64,000 nt of DNA, taken from an uncultured Verrucomicrobiae bacterium (lineage in GTDB: Bacteria; Verrucomicrobiota; Verrucomicrobiia; Chthoniobacterales; UBA10450). The stretch covers positions 672,001-736,000 of the forward strand of contig CAWFGO010000003.1 of NCBI GenBank assembly GCA_963815455.1, read 5' to 3'. The notes beneath the pieces are model-generated. The model made no database searches. It saw nothing but the letters and a program-made list of their open reading frames with translations, and had not been told where the DNA came from. A program made the position numbers and the translations under genes. Shown piece by piece: positions 29,917-41,200 of the stretch (position 1 is its first letter; every line of letters begins with the position of its first letter).

Positions 29917-30543
29917 ATGGGGCGCGCTGCAATATCATTGAATCGGGTGGAGAAGATCTACGGACGGTCTCAGGTCTTGTCTGTTTCTCAGCTCGACCTG
30001 GCTGTGGATGCCCGCGTCAGTCTGCGCGGGCCCAACGGCTCCGGTAAATCGACCCTGCTGCGGCTGATTGCAGGTATCGCTATCCCCACAAAAGGCTGTG
30101 TCGACCGCGATACGGCTCGCCTCGGCCCAAGACTTGGCTACGTCCCCCAGGCAGGCGGATTAACCGAAGAATTATCAGTTGAGCAAAACTTGGATCAACG
30201 CCGTCACCTCTGTGGCCTGCGCGGAAACGCGAAGGCGAAAGAGGAAGTGTTGGTTCGTGCGGGCTTGATGGACTCACGCGGGAAGCGCTTTGCGGAACTG
30301 TCAGGTGGACGGCAACGCCTAGCTGCCATGGCCGCGGCGCTCTACATCGAACCCAGCTGGCTTCTTATCGACGAGCCTTTTGCCAGTGTTGACACGCCAC
30401 GTCGAGCGGAAATCGAACGCTTGCTCGAAGAGTGGACACCTCGCCCCCACCTCCTAGTCGTGACCTCTCCCGAGTCGGAAGAGCTTCCGCTCGTTGGGTG
30501 CGAGATTATTTCATTAAAAGACGGCCATCTTGATGTTCGCTAG
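29917..30543 (+). CDS. ABC transporter ATP-binding protein
   Basis: GPNGSGKST, GYVPQ, LSGGRQ, LLIDEP. Confidence 0.88.
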   Translation: MGRAAISLNRVEKIYGRSQVLSVSQLDLAVDARVSLRGPNGSGKSTLLRLIAGIAIPTKGCVDRDTARLGPRLGYVPQAGGLTEELSVEQNLDQRRHLCGLRGNAKAKEEVLVRAGLMDSRGKRFAELSGGRQRLAAMAAALYIEPSWLLIDEPFASVDTPRRAEIERLLEEWTPRPHLLVVTSPESEELPLVGCEIISLKDGHLDVR

Positions 30544-31840
30544 CTTTAGAACGCTCGGTAAAGATCTTTTCGAGCTCCAGAAGACCGGACGAGGACTGAT
30601 GCTGGCGTTCATCGCCCCACCACTCATCGCCATACTCGTCGGCCAATTGAGTGTCCGACCTCAGAATCTACGGTTGTTGATCGCTGGCACTCCACACGAA
30701 ACTAATATCGAACCGATAGAGGATCTTGAAAAGGTGCTGAGGGAACTGCCAGGCATCCATGTGATCAGGAAACCGGAGTCCCCCAGCGACCCCCTTGAGG
30801 AAGCTAGGCGGGGACAATACGATCTTGTGATCGTCCCTAATGAGCTTGGCACCGAAGAAATCGCTGCTTATACAGCAAACACTGATCCCGCGCGCGTGGC
30901 GCAGTTAGCTGAGTTTGCGGGAACAATCGAACGAACGCTCAGCATGATGAGCGCAAACAAGGAAGATAGAGAATCGATCAGGGAGCTTGAGAACCATCTT
31001 AAAGAGCTTCGTGATGTAAGCATAGGCTTGGAACCACCGCCGCCTCTAACGTCATTTGAAAACGAGGAGCCCGCAGATCAGGCAAGGCCACTAACACGCC
31101 TTGCCAAGAAGATTGAAACGACACTCAATTCCATGAAAGAGTCGCAAAAGACGGCGTTCGCTCGCGAGCTCAGTGCAATCCGCATTATTCCGGCGCAGTC
31201 GCTTCATCCCTATTACCCCAGAGCGCGCGATCGCTCGGCGGCATTTCTGCCAATGACCATCGCGTTGGTCCTCTGCTTTTTTCCATTTATCATCGCTGCG
31301 CCTTCTTTAGTTCGGGAAAAAGAGTCGCATACGATTGAAGTCTTGTTGACCGCGCCGGGCATGACGCACAATTGGCTCTTTGCCGCCAAATGTTATCTCC
31401 CGATATTGGTCGCGGCCTTTGATGCTGTATTGATGTTGATCTGCGCCGAATTTTTTTATCAATACTATTTTAAGAGCGGATTCCCCCTCTTGGTCTTGTA
31501 TATGTTGCTCGCGACGTCAGCCGCTACCTTTCTTGGCTTGGCCATTTCCGCCGTCGTGCGTTCTACTATCCAGGCCACCGCGGCTTCCGCATTGTACTTC
31601 GTCTGTCTACTTCTTTTTAGCGGCTTCTTTGTTGATCTGGACCAAAGTGCAAGCGCCGTGCGCCTGATCGCCAACTGCCTGCCGCTGGCAACACTAGATC
31701 AGATAATAAAGGCTTGGATGTTCGGATCTCAGCTGCCTGGCCCGACAAGTTTGTCCGCGCGATTGCTGTTTGGTCAGACTTCCATCTTCGGAATCATTGC
31801 ATGGGTGAGCTACCGGAGGGTGTTCGTGAATCGCCTATAG
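30530..31840 (+). CDS. ABC-2 type permease
   Basis: N-terminal TM, large loop, VREKESHTIEVLLTAP motif, five C-terminal TMs, LLFSGFF. Confidence 0.85.
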   Translation: MMFASFRTLGKDLFELQKTGRGLMLAFIAPPLIAILVGQLSVRPQNLRLLIAGTPHETNIEPIEDLEKVLRELPGIHVIRKPESPSDPLEEARRGQYDLVIVPNELGTEEIAAYTANTDPARVAQLAEFAGTIERTLSMMSANKEDRESIRELENHLKELRDVSIGLEPPPPLTSFENEEPADQARPLTRLAKKIETTLNSMKESQKTAFARELSAIRIIPAQSLHPYYPRARDRSAAFLPMTIALVLCFFPFIIAAPSLVREKESHTIEVLLTAPGMTHNWLFAAKCYLPILVAAFDAVLMLICAEFFYQYYFKSGFPLLVLYMLLATSAATFLGLAISAVVRSTIQATAASALYFVCLLLFSGFFVDLDQSASAVRLIANCLPLATLDQIIKAWMFGSQLPGPTSLSARLLFGQTSIFGIIAWVSYRRVFVNRL

Positions 31841-31916
31841 CGTAATCATCGCCACGATTACGAGGCGCGTGATCTACATTGCATCACCCGAGGATGATCG
31901 GTTGTCGTTCGACATC

Positions 31917-32426
31917 ATGAACCTCGCCCCCTGCATTGGCTGCGGCGGACTCTTTCCGGAAATGGACGGGCCAACGCATCGGTATATGGAATCGTCGCCT
32001 GGCTGTTGGGCGGCGTATGGCGAAGTGCTGGCCCGGGAATACAGCGATCCGGCCTACGCCCCAAACCATCGCCTCAGTGTCGATGCTTACGCGGTTCAAC
32101 ATCCCGGCCGTCCTTCGCCGCAAAGCATTCAATCCGTGGCGGTCCATCTGATTCGGCTTTGTCTGTTGCTTGAATGCGGGTTGGAAATGGGCCGGGCCAA
32201 CGAAGCGATCCTAAAAGCGAGCGAGTCCAAGAAACAATTTGTGTGGCTGGAACCACCGCCCTCGCGCGGGACCGTGACCGTGGCCGAAGTCCGGCGCGCG
32301 ACCAATCCGGAAGAGCACATCATCCTGGTTCGACAATGGGCCGAAAGCGCTTGGCAGGCCTGGAGCTCGCATCATTCCCAGATTCACGCCTGGCTCCCAG
32401 CCGGCTTCGGGTCGCCGCAGAGCTGA
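31917..32426 (+). CDS. DUF5946-like protein
   Basis: CxxCG, SPGCW...HRLSVDAYAVQHP...WAESAWQAW pattern. Confidence 0.7.
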   Translation: MNLAPCIGCGGLFPEMDGPTHRYMESSPGCWAAYGEVLAREYSDPAYAPNHRLSVDAYAVQHPGRPSPQSIQSVAVHLIRLCLLLECGLEMGRANEAILKASESKKQFVWLEPPPSRGTVTVAEVRRATNPEEHIILVRQWAESAWQAWSSHHSQIHAWLPAGFGSPQS

Positions 32427-32495
32427 ACTTTCGGCTTTCGTCATTGCGCGCGTCTTGTCATTCTGCGCGTCTGCCATAGCAGTGACGCCCGGACC

Positions 32496-33236
32496 GTGAA
32501 AAATTATTTCAAGCTCAACGCGAGTCTGCTCTATTGGGTGTTCGTCGCCCCGTTCACCGGGCAATTCTTCAAGTTTTCGGCAATTTTTCGGCAAATGGTG
32601 TTCATCGGGGTGCGGGCGACGCCGATGGTCGCGCTGACCGCATTTAGCGTCGGCGTAACCCTGGCCATGCAAGCGGCGCATTCCCTGAGAGATCTTGGTG
32701 CGGAAGTGTACGTGCCCGATCTGGTGATGGTGACTCTCCTGCGCGAGATGGGACCGGTACTGATCGCGGTGATCGTGATCGGCCGGAGCGGTTCGGCGGT
32801 GGCGGCGGAATTGGGAACAATGAAAGTGTCGGAGGAGATTGAGGCGCTTGAAGTGATGGCGATTAACCCGGTCCAATACCTTGTCGTGCCCCGTTTTCTG
32901 GCCATGCTCGTGATGTTGCCGGCGCTTACCATCATTGGAAATTACGTCGGCGTACTCGGCGGCTGGGCCGTTTGCCGATTTGCCCTTGATTTCAACACCG
33001 CCGGCTATGTCCTGCGCGCCTTGAACAGCGCCGACACATGGGATTTATATTCGGGGATGATCAAGAGCGGCGTCTTCGCCTGGATTGTTATCACGATCGC
33101 ATGCAACGCTGGCCTGCACGTTGAGGGCGGCGCAGAAGGCGTTGGCCAGGCCACGACAGCATCGGTTGTGCAAGCGTTGCTGGCCATGCTGGTTACGAAT
33201 GCGCTGCTCACCGGAATTTTCTTTTTTGCGGGCTAG
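32496..33236 (+). CDS. mlaE: MlaE-family permease
   Basis: REMGPVL, GRSGSAVAAELGTMKVSEEIEAL, GGAEGVG. Confidence 0.93.
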   Translation: MKNYFKLNASLLYWVFVAPFTGQFFKFSAIFRQMVFIGVRATPMVALTAFSVGVTLAMQAAHSLRDLGAEVYVPDLVMVTLLREMGPVLIAVIVIGRSGSAVAAELGTMKVSEEIEALEVMAINPVQYLVVPRFLAMLVMLPALTIIGNYVGVLGGWAVCRFALDFNTAGYVLRALNSADTWDLYSGMIKSGVFAWIVITIACNAGLHVEGGAEGVGQATTASVVQALLAMLVTNALLTGIFFFAG

Positions 33237-33240
33237 TCAT

Positions 33241-34089
33241 ATGAATGGAGAAACCGTTATCGAGGTTGCCGATCTTGTCCGGCGATTCGGGGATCGCGCG
33301 GTGATCAACGATATTTCGTTCCAGATTCAACGCGGCGAAACGCTGGTGATCATGGGGGGAAGCGGTTGCGGGAAGAGCACGTTGCTGCGCCATATCATCG
33401 GCTCGATGAAGCCGACCTCCGGTTCGGTCAAGATTTTTGGGCAGGAAATCACGACCATGAACGAGCGAGAGATTGCAGGCGTGCGACGGCGCTTCGGAAT
33501 GTTGTTTCAATCGGGCGCATTACTCGCTTCACTAACCGTTGGAGAAAACGTCGCGCTGCCGCTTATGCAGCACACGCGAATGTCCCCGGATGAGATCGAC
33601 CAAATCGTGAAAGAAAAACTTCGAATGGTTGGCCTGAGCGGGTTTGAAAGTCTCAAGCCGGCTGAAATCAGCGGTGGAATGAAGAAACGCGTCGGCCTGG
33701 CGCGAGCACTGGCGCTTGATCCGGAATTACTCTTCAGCGATGAGCCGACTTCCGGGCTCGATCCGATCATGACGGCGGTTGTCGATCAGCTCACGCTCAA
33801 GCTAGGGCGCGGCAGCCACATGACCGCAGTGGTGGTGACGCACGACATGACGAGCGCGTTCCGGATCGCGACGCGCATGATCATGCTGGGTCACGGCTCG
33901 ATTGTAGCGCAGGGCACCCCCGATGAAATTCGTTCGAGCCCAAATCCCGAAGTGCAACAGTTCATCAATGGCGAAGCCGACGGCCCCATCCCGCTGAATC
34001 TTTCCCAGGAAGAACACGAGCATCATCAGTATGTGAAGCCGCGGCCGTTTTTTGGCGCGCGCTTCCGCTTCCACCACAAGACTCAATGA
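33241..34089 (+). CDS. mlaF: MlaF-family ABC ATPase
   Basis: GGSGCGKS, FQSGALL, ISGGMKKRVGLARALALDP, DEPTSGLDP, VTHD. Confidence 0.93.
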   Translation: MNGETVIEVADLVRRFGDRAVINDISFQIQRGETLVIMGGSGCGKSTLLRHIIGSMKPTSGSVKIFGQEITTMNEREIAGVRRRFGMLFQSGALLASLTVGENVALPLMQHTRMSPDEIDQIVKEKLRMVGLSGFESLKPAEISGGMKKRVGLARALALDPELLFSDEPTSGLDPIMTAVVDQLTLKLGRGSHMTAVVVTHDMTSAFRIATRMIMLGHGSIVAQGTPDEIRSSPNPEVQQFINGEADGPIPLNLSQEEHEHHQYVKPRPFFGARFRFHHKTQ

Positions 34090-34967
34090 AGAAAAATCTC
34101 TCCGATTATCTCGTCGCTTTGTCGGTCATCGTTTGCAGCATTGTCTTGCTCGCGGCATTGACGATGGCTCTCTCCGGTTATCAGCTTAACAAGCCAACGC
34201 GAACTTTGCAGATCGATTACGAGGACGTCACAGGCATCAAGGTGCACTCCGAAGTCCGTTACGCAGGCGCACCGGCCGGCCGCGTACTCGCGATGCGCCA
34301 TCTAAGTGCCTCCGAGCGGGACGCATCTGCGAATAAGCGGGACGCTGTCCGGGTGACGATCAGCCTGGATGAAAAAATTCCTCCCTTGCCGAGCGATGTG
34401 ATGGCGACACTCAGCTCAGACACTCTGCTTGCGCCAAAATTTGTCGCACTGTCCGCTGGAACGCCCGGCGGTAAGACGCTGGCCAATCATTCCATTATCG
34501 AAGGCCATCCGGCCTACGGCATCGAACAAATCACCGCAGCGGCGGGGCCGCTGATCGATCACGCCAACGTGTTGATCGACAACCTCAATGGCACAATCAC
34601 GAGCATTAAAGGTAACCTCGGCGAGTTCTTGCCCAAACTAGCGCCTCTGGCCACCTCGCTGAAGACCGATGTAGATGGTTTACAGAAAGTAGTCGCAAGC
34701 CTGGATGAAGTGGCAAAGAGCGCCGATACCGTTCTCAGCAGCGCGGACAAGTTTATTTCCGGGACTGACAAGGGGCTTCAAGATCAACTGAGAGAGCTAC
34801 ACGTTGTCTTGCTCAACCTGAAAGTGATTACGACGCACGCCAAGGCGATTACAACAGAGCTGGGCGAAAAACCGAACCGAATCATATTCAGCGGTAAGGC
34901 AAACAAGCTCACGCCAGAGTCGGAGATCATTAAGAGCCGCGAGCCGTTGCCGGCGAAGAAACCGTAG
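34086..34967 (+). CDS. mlaD: MlaD/MCE protein with helical tail
   Basis: N-terminal TM; DVTGIKVHSEVRYAGAPAGRV MCE motif; operon context. Confidence 0.88.
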   Translation: MKKNLSDYLVALSVIVCSIVLLAALTMALSGYQLNKPTRTLQIDYEDVTGIKVHSEVRYAGAPAGRVLAMRHLSASERDASANKRDAVRVTISLDEKIPPLPSDVMATLSSDTLLAPKFVALSAGTPGGKTLANHSIIEGHPAYGIEQITAAAGPLIDHANVLIDNLNGTITSIKGNLGEFLPKLAPLATSLKTDVDGLQKVVASLDEVAKSADTVLSSADKFISGTDKGLQDQLRELHVVLLNLKVITTHAKAITTELGEKPNRIIFSGKANKLTPESEIIKSREPLPAKKP

Positions 34968-35029
34968 CGCGTACCGTTGTTGAGAAATTGCCGAATTCGC
35001 TGAGCGTAAAGATCGAAAGGTTATCTTTT

Positions 35030-35431
35030 ATGCATGCGAAACTGCACCTTCAGACGATTGTCGTAATCCTCGCCATGTTTTCCCTGTTTTCTTCGGCCCG
35101 AGGTGATTCGTCGCCGGCGCCCGAGCCTTCAACCGGCATTGAAGGCGTGATCACGATCAGCCCAACGCATGGCGGCCCGATTAGAGAAGATGAGCCGGTT
35201 TCCAAAGGTCTCGCGAATATCGAATTCGAAGCAAGAAGTGAAAAAGGCACGGTGGCATCTTTCACCACGGACGATCAGGGCAGGTTTCGGGTCTCGCTGC
35301 CACCCGGGCATTACAGCGTTTCGCGCAAAGGCGTGAAACACAGAATTGGAAGATTCGGACCGTTCGAGGTGGATGTTGTTGCCGGAAAAATGAGCAAGGT
35401 GCAGTGGAACTGCGATTCCGGCATGCGCTGA
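35030..35431 (+). CDS. Secreted carboxypeptidase-regulatory-like (prealbumin-fold) protein
   Basis: Signal peptide; TDDQGRFRVSLPPGHY; CDSGMR terminus. Confidence 0.75.
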   Translation: MHAKLHLQTIVVILAMFSLFSSARGDSSPAPEPSTGIEGVITISPTHGGPIREDEPVSKGLANIEFEARSEKGTVASFTTDDQGRFRVSLPPGHYSVSRKGVKHRIGRFGPFEVDVVAGKMSKVQWNCDSGMR

Positions 35432-35443
35432 TCGTTGCCCGAG

Positions 35444-35923
35444 ATGCGCAAGGTCAATATCGACGACATCGCGGAGATGTCCTGGGCTTCACCGAAAGGC
35501 AAATTCGCCGGCGCGGGCAAGGAAGTTTCCGAGGCGCTCGGGAGAAACCCAACCTCGACGGACCTGAGGGACCGCCATCCGTTTGATGTCGAGATTCTCC
35601 GTATTCCGCCGGGCAAAACTCCCTATCCTCATCACTCGCACAGCGTGCAATGGGAATTGTATCATGTCATCGCTGGCAAAGGCGCCGTTCGTCATAAGGA
35701 CGGCACGACGGAGATCGAGCAAGGTGACGCTTTTCTCTTCAAGCCGGACGAGCCTCACCAGCTTTCAAACAACAGCGCGGAAGATCTCGTTCTCTACGTC
35801 ATCGCCGATAATCCGATGGGTGAGTCCAGTTATTATCCCGACAGCAAAAAATGGCTGGTGCGCTCACCCGAACGCAGGATTGTGCGCTCCGACGCGCTCG
35901 ATTACTTCGACGGCGAGGAATAA
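35444..35923 (+). CDS. Cupin domain protein
   Basis: PHHSHSVQWELY...GDAFLFKPDEPHQL cupin motifs; YYPDS. Confidence 0.88.
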   Translation: MRKVNIDDIAEMSWASPKGKFAGAGKEVSEALGRNPTSTDLRDRHPFDVEILRIPPGKTPYPHHSHSVQWELYHVIAGKGAVRHKDGTTEIEQGDAFLFKPDEPHQLSNNSAEDLVLYVIADNPMGESSYYPDSKKWLVRSPERRIVRSDALDYFDGEE

Positions 35924-35931
35924 TCACAGGC

Positions 35932-36651
35932 GTGGCCAGGATCGACAAAGCGGTGTTACTGGCGGCCGGGCGCGGGACGCGGATGAAAGAAATGACGGCC
36001 GAGCTTCCCAAACCGATGCTCGAAGTGCGGGGTAAACCAGTTTTGCAACACATCGTCGAAGGATTACGCAGTGCCGGCGTCCACCGGTTTTTGATCATTG
36101 TTGGTTACCGGGCCGAGTCGGTGCAGAATTTCTTCGGCGACGGCTCACGTTATAAGATCGAGATCCAATACACCACCCAGGCAGTGCAGGATGGGACAGG
36201 GCGCGTCGTGGATCTTGCCCGCAATTTTACCAGCGACTCTCCATTTGTTTTGAGCTACGGCGACATCCTGGTCGATCCGGCAAATTATGAACGCCTTGTC
36301 GAGCTTCCCGACGATGTCGAAGCAATCGTCAGCGTCAAGCGCAACCAGGACGTCAGCAAAGGCGGAGCGGTTTTCGTTAACGAGAGAATGGAACTTGTCG
36401 ATCTTCGGGAAAAAACGCGCCCGGGCGAAGCGACCAGTCCGTGGTATAACGCCGGAATTTACGCATTCCGGCCGAGCATCTTCGAGTTTACCCAAAAACT
36501 GAAGCCGTCACCACGCGGCGAGTATGAATTGACCGACGCCATTCGTGAACTGGCGCAATCGGGCAGGAAGGTGAAAGTGCTCGAGCTGGCCGGCGAATGG
36601 GCCGATGTGCGCGATCCTAAAATTCTGGCGCAGCTGAATTCCGGCTGCTAA
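35932..36651 (+). CDS. Sugar-phosphate nucleotidyltransferase
   Basis: AVLLAAGRGTRM...PKPML, YGD, NAGIY, SPRGEYELTD. Confidence 0.9.
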   Translation: MARIDKAVLLAAGRGTRMKEMTAELPKPMLEVRGKPVLQHIVEGLRSAGVHRFLIIVGYRAESVQNFFGDGSRYKIEIQYTTQAVQDGTGRVVDLARNFTSDSPFVLSYGDILVDPANYERLVELPDDVEAIVSVKRNQDVSKGGAVFVNERMELVDLREKTRPGEATSPWYNAGIYAFRPSIFEFTQKLKPSPRGEYELTDAIRELAQSGRKVKVLELAGEWADVRDPKILAQLNSGC

Positions 36652-36660
36652 GCCGGCTGA

Positions 36661-37035
36661 TTACGAAGCCCTGGCTCCGGCGCGGGCCTGAGCGCGAAGC
36701 ACAACGATGCGGTCCCTGACTTCCTCGCAGCGTTTTTGCTCGCGCACGGCCTCGAACTCTGGAAGGTGCTGCGCCTTATAGGCAGGCCGCGGCGCGTGGA
36801 GGCATGTCTCGACGAAATCATTGGCGACCGCAACGCTGTCGAGCTTGGCCAAGGTGGGAACTTGCTCTGCCTCGGCCAGCAAGTCGTCGCGAATGGCAAT
36901 GTAGGCATTGATTTCAGCGGAAGCGTGTTGCGAGCAGACCGGCTCCCTCTCCGTTATCGATTGCCGGAAATTTATCGAGGCGCTTTCCTGGATGATTGTA
37001 AGCGGCCGCGGAGGCTGCGGCTGAGTGATCTGCAT
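36661..37035 (-). CDS. Hypothetical protein
   Basis: 124-aa ORF filling the gap between nucleotidyltransferase and VOC genes; no motif recognised. Confidence 0.5.
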   Translation of the reverse strand: MQITQPQPPRPLTIIQESASINFRQSITEREPVCSQHASAEINAYIAIRDDLLAEAEQVPTLAKLDSVAVANDFVETCLHAPRPAYKAQHLPEFEAVREQKRCEEVRDRIVVLRAQARAGARAS

Positions 37036-37127
37036 GAACCATAAAGTAGCAGCTCACATGCCGTTACCGGAGAATGGCCGTCCGCACTCAAGATTGGCGA
37101 TCTCGGCCTGGCGCCCTAGCGTAGGCC

Positions 37128-37514
37128 ATGAAAGTTCCATTCACACTCGGGGTCGTTGGTCACTTCGGATTAGCAGTGCGCGATCCAAAAAAGAGCGCGA
37201 AATGGTTTGAGCGCGCGCTTGGTTTGCAGAAACAATTCGAATTCGGTGAAGGCGTTGCCATCGGCAACAAGAACGTGACGATTGCGCTCATGAAGGGCAA
37301 ACCGTCACCGGAAACGCTCGATCACATGTCGTTTCATCTGCCGACGATGTCGATCCTGCACAAAGCGCTGGAGCATTTGAAAGAGCTCGAGGTGGATGTG
37401 GAAGATCCCGGGGACGAAATAGGACCGGAAGCGCCTGGTTCGAGAAATATGGGCCTTTGGTTCCGCGATCCCGACGGATACCGTTGGGAACTGAGCGTGC
37501 AGGGCGGGAAATAG
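37128..37514 (+). CDS. VOC/glyoxalase family protein
   Basis: HFGLAV...LDHMSF...FRDPDGYRWEL. Confidence 0.9.
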   Translation: MKVPFTLGVVGHFGLAVRDPKKSAKWFERALGLQKQFEFGEGVAIGNKNVTIALMKGKPSPETLDHMSFHLPTMSILHKALEHLKELEVDVEDPGDEIGPEAPGSRNMGLWFRDPDGYRWELSVQGGK

Positions 37515-37602
37515 GGCAATTTGGCCCGCCGGCGCTTTCGTAAATTCGAGATTGCATTGTTCGCGCTGAGGCGACAGTCTCGAAAGACGAGACAGTTCCC
37601 AG

Positions 37603-38139
37603 ATGACAACGCCTTCTGATGACGAAGGGCTGCGCATGGTCAGGGATGACAAGCCGCGGCCACGGCTTTTCCAGGAGGGCATATCCGCTTCGGAGCGGGA
37701 TGTTGTTGCTGCGTCAACGACCCAGGGAGGGCGCTTCTTTAACGCTAAGCGCATCGCCGCTACGCTTGGGATCGTCGCGGCAGCGATCATTGTTGGTTTG
37801 GGTGTCATATACTGGAAAGCGTCAGATCGTTACCCGGTAGTCGTGGCCATCGGTTTACCCGATGGCGACGCCCAGGGAGATCCGCTGGCCAACAGAAGCG
37901 GACCGTTGGTCCCGGTCGAGCCGGCCATGCTGCAAGTCACTTCGATTGCTCTGGGCGAACCGCGCTTGGCGATCGTAAACGGAAGACCCCTGGCCGAAGG
38001 CGAATGGATGCTGGTCGACACGCGATTGGGCGCGGCCAGTGTTCGGGTAATTGCAATTCAAGATGGCCTCGTCCGGTTCCGACATGGCGGCGAGACCATC
38101 GACGTCAAACTACAGGCGGCGAAGCAAACGAAGCCTTGA
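37603..38139 (+). CDS. Membrane-anchored hypothetical protein with GspC/PilP-like beta domain
   Basis: Single TM; LQVTSI...LAIVNG..LAEGE...VIAIQDGLVRF pattern. Confidence 0.6.
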   Translation: MTTPSDDEGLRMVRDDKPRPRLFQEGISASERDVVAASTTQGGRFFNAKRIAATLGIVAAAIIVGLGVIYWKASDRYPVVVAIGLPDGDAQGDPLANRSGPLVPVEPAMLQVTSIALGEPRLAIVNGRPLAEGEWMLVDTRLGAASVRVIAIQDGLVRFRHGGETIDVKLQAAKQTKP

Positions 38140-38289
38140 TTTGCGAGTGATCGATGAATTGCCCGCAGGTCCAAGCGGTGGCCAAACGCGCCGCCTTCGC
38201 TACTTGATCGACATCGGCCACGGTCTCTGCGACGCGAATCGCTTTATCCTGTTTTATTCCAGGGTCCGCCGCTCGGCTGATGCGTGGAA

Positions 38290-41200
38290 TCAGACCGAAG
38301 CAGGCTCGTGTACTTTGCCGTCACCGGCTGGCGCAAGGGCGGCCTCGTGATGGGTATGGGCGCTGCGCAGGAACGGGACACGATCAAGCACCTGCTCCTG
38401 GAACCACTCGAGAGCGAGATAAATGACGGGCGTGATGTAGAGCGTAATCAATTGTGAAACAATCAAGCCGCCGACGATGACCAGACCGAGCGGCCGGCGC
38501 GAAGAGCCATCCGCGCCGAAGCCGAGCGCAATCGGCAGCGCGCCCATCAGGGCCGCGAGCGTTGTCATGATAATGGGCCGGAAACGTTCGACACTCGCCT
38601 CATGGATGGCGGCGCGGCGATCGTAACCTTCATCCAACCGATGAAGCGCGAAATCGACAATCATGATGCCGTTCTTTTTCACGATACCCATGAGAAGAAA
38701 GAGGCCGATCACGGAATAGAGCGAAAGGGTCGAGCCGAAAAGCCAAAGGGTCATCAACCCGCCGACGACGGCGGGAAAGAGCGTGGAAAGCACGGTGATG
38801 GGGTGCACGTAGCTCTCGTAAAGAATGCCGAGAATTACGTACATGACAAAGACGGCGGCGATGATGAGAAAGGGCAAAGCCTGAAAGAGTTGCTGGAGCA
38901 CGAGGCCTTCGCCCTGCAGCTCACCCTTGACCGTCGGCGGTAACACTTCCGCGGCCGTTTTCTTGATGTAATCGGTCACATCGCCAAGGGCGACGCCCGG
39001 TTTGGTATCGAAACCAAAGGTGACGCTGGTAAATTGGTTCGTGTGATTGACCGATTGCAGGCCCAAAGTTTCCTTCGATGTCGTAAGTGCGCGGATCGGG
39101 ATTAGTTTGGTGCCGTTGTCAGGCTTGACGTAAATTTGCCGAAAATCTTCCGGGCCCACGCGGGCTTTATCGTCCGCTTCGACAATCACCTGGTATTGAT
39201 CGTCGGCTTGTTTAATGAGGTAGACGTAATTCTGCGAGTAGGCGGCACGCAGCAGATTCTCGAGGCTGGCAACGGAGACGCCATATAGGCCGGCCCGGCC
39301 ACGCTCGATATTGATGTCGAGATTGGGCGTGTTGCGGAAAAGATCCGAACGCGGCGGACTGGCGAAACCATCGTAATCGCCCAGTTTCGCCCCCAGTTTG
39401 TCGGCGGCTGCATAAACTTCATCAGGATTGATGCCGCTTAGGACGTAGCTGTAGCGCCCGAAGGAACTGCCGGTCGCTCCGATGTTAATCTGCAGAACGG
39501 GTTGCGGATTAAGCGTCGGGAAAATTCCCGGGATCTCGCTGCACGCTTTTCGGAGTTGCGCCGCTACCGTATCGATATCGGGACGCTGGCTGGCGTCTTT
39601 CAAAAAGAGAACGGTGAAAACACCGGCGCCGAGTCCGGAGCGGCCCGCGACGGTGAAATATTTGTCGACCGCCGGGTTGGCTTGCAGAACGGGATCGAGT
39701 TTTTCCTGGAGCCGGCGTTGCTGATCGGGCGACGCCCCCTCCTGGACGATGAAAAAGCCGCGAATCGTCCCGCTGTCGCCGGTCGGCAGCAAGGTGAATG
39801 GGAGTTGCTTGAAGAAGAATCCGACTCCGAGCGCGCAGGCGAGGATGATCGGCAGGGCGAGCCAGCCGCGGTCGAGAAACCAATCGAGAGAGCGGCCATA
39901 AAACGCGAGGGTGGGTTGAAAGAACCGGCTGAAAAGCCGCTCCGTCCAGGTTTTGACGTGGCTGGGGCCGCGCTCTGCCAGAATCCGCGAACACATCAAT
40001 GGCGTAAGAGTTAATGAAACGAGACCGGAGGCGAGAATGGCGACAATGATGGTGATGGCGAACTCGCGGAAAATTCGTCCCAACAATCCCGGCATGAAAG
40101 CAAGCGGGATGAAGACCGCCGCGAGGGACAGGGTCATCGATAGGATAGTGAAGGAAATTTCGCCCGCGCTGTTGAGAGTGGCTTTGTAAATCGATTCCCC
40201 GGCCTCGGCCCGCCTAACGACATTCTCGAGAAAGACGATGGCGTCGTCGACCAAAAATCCGATGGCCAGGGTCAGCGCCATTAAGGTCAGGTTGTTGATC
40301 GAAAACCCGAACCACCACATGGCGACAAAAGTGATGAGGAACGACATGGGCAACGCGACCATGGGAATGAGGGTGTCGCTGGCGCGGCCGAGGAAGACGA
40401 AGATGACAAAAATGACGAGGACGAAGGCGATGGCGAGCGTGAACTGGACATCGTGCAGAGAATTCACGATTGACTGCGAGCGATCAAAGACCGGGATCAA
40501 ACGGATCGAGCCCGGCAACTCGCGTTGCAGCCCGGGCAATAACGCACGCACCGAACGGGCCACAGCGACGGCATTCGCGCCGGCCTGCCGCGAAACGGCG
40601 AAAACAATCACCGAGGCCGGCGGATTAAAATTGCGAACGAAGAAATGGCGCGACAAACGTTCGTTCTCCACCCCATCAACGACGCGGGCCACATCCCGGA
40701 GGTAAACCGGAGAGGCGTTGGCGTTTTGCTTGATGATGAGATTGCGATAGCCCTCGGCGGTGGCGAGCTGCCCGTTAGGCCGGAGCGTGATCGACTTGTT
40801 TACTCCGTCGAACTGGCCCGCGCCGGAGTAGGCGGTGCCGGCGCGGATCGCGGCCGATATGTCGGCGAAGGTCAGGCCGCGCGACGCCAGGGCCCCGGGA
40901 TCGACCTTGACCCGGATCGCGCTTTGAACGCCGTAAATATTAACCTGTGAGACCCCGGGCAAAATGTTAATCCGCTGCGAGACTTCGGTCGTGCCATAGC
41001 GATAAAGCTCGCCGTCGCTCAGCGTGTAACTCGTTAGGGCGACATACATGACCGGTTGATCGTTCGGATTGGACTTGGTAAAGGTGGGCGGGCTGGGGAG
41101 ATCGCTCGGCAACTGACCGGAAGCCCGTTGAATGGCTGACTGCACATCGGTGGCGGCGGCGTCGATCCCTTTGCTAAGATCAAATTGCAGCGTGATCGAG

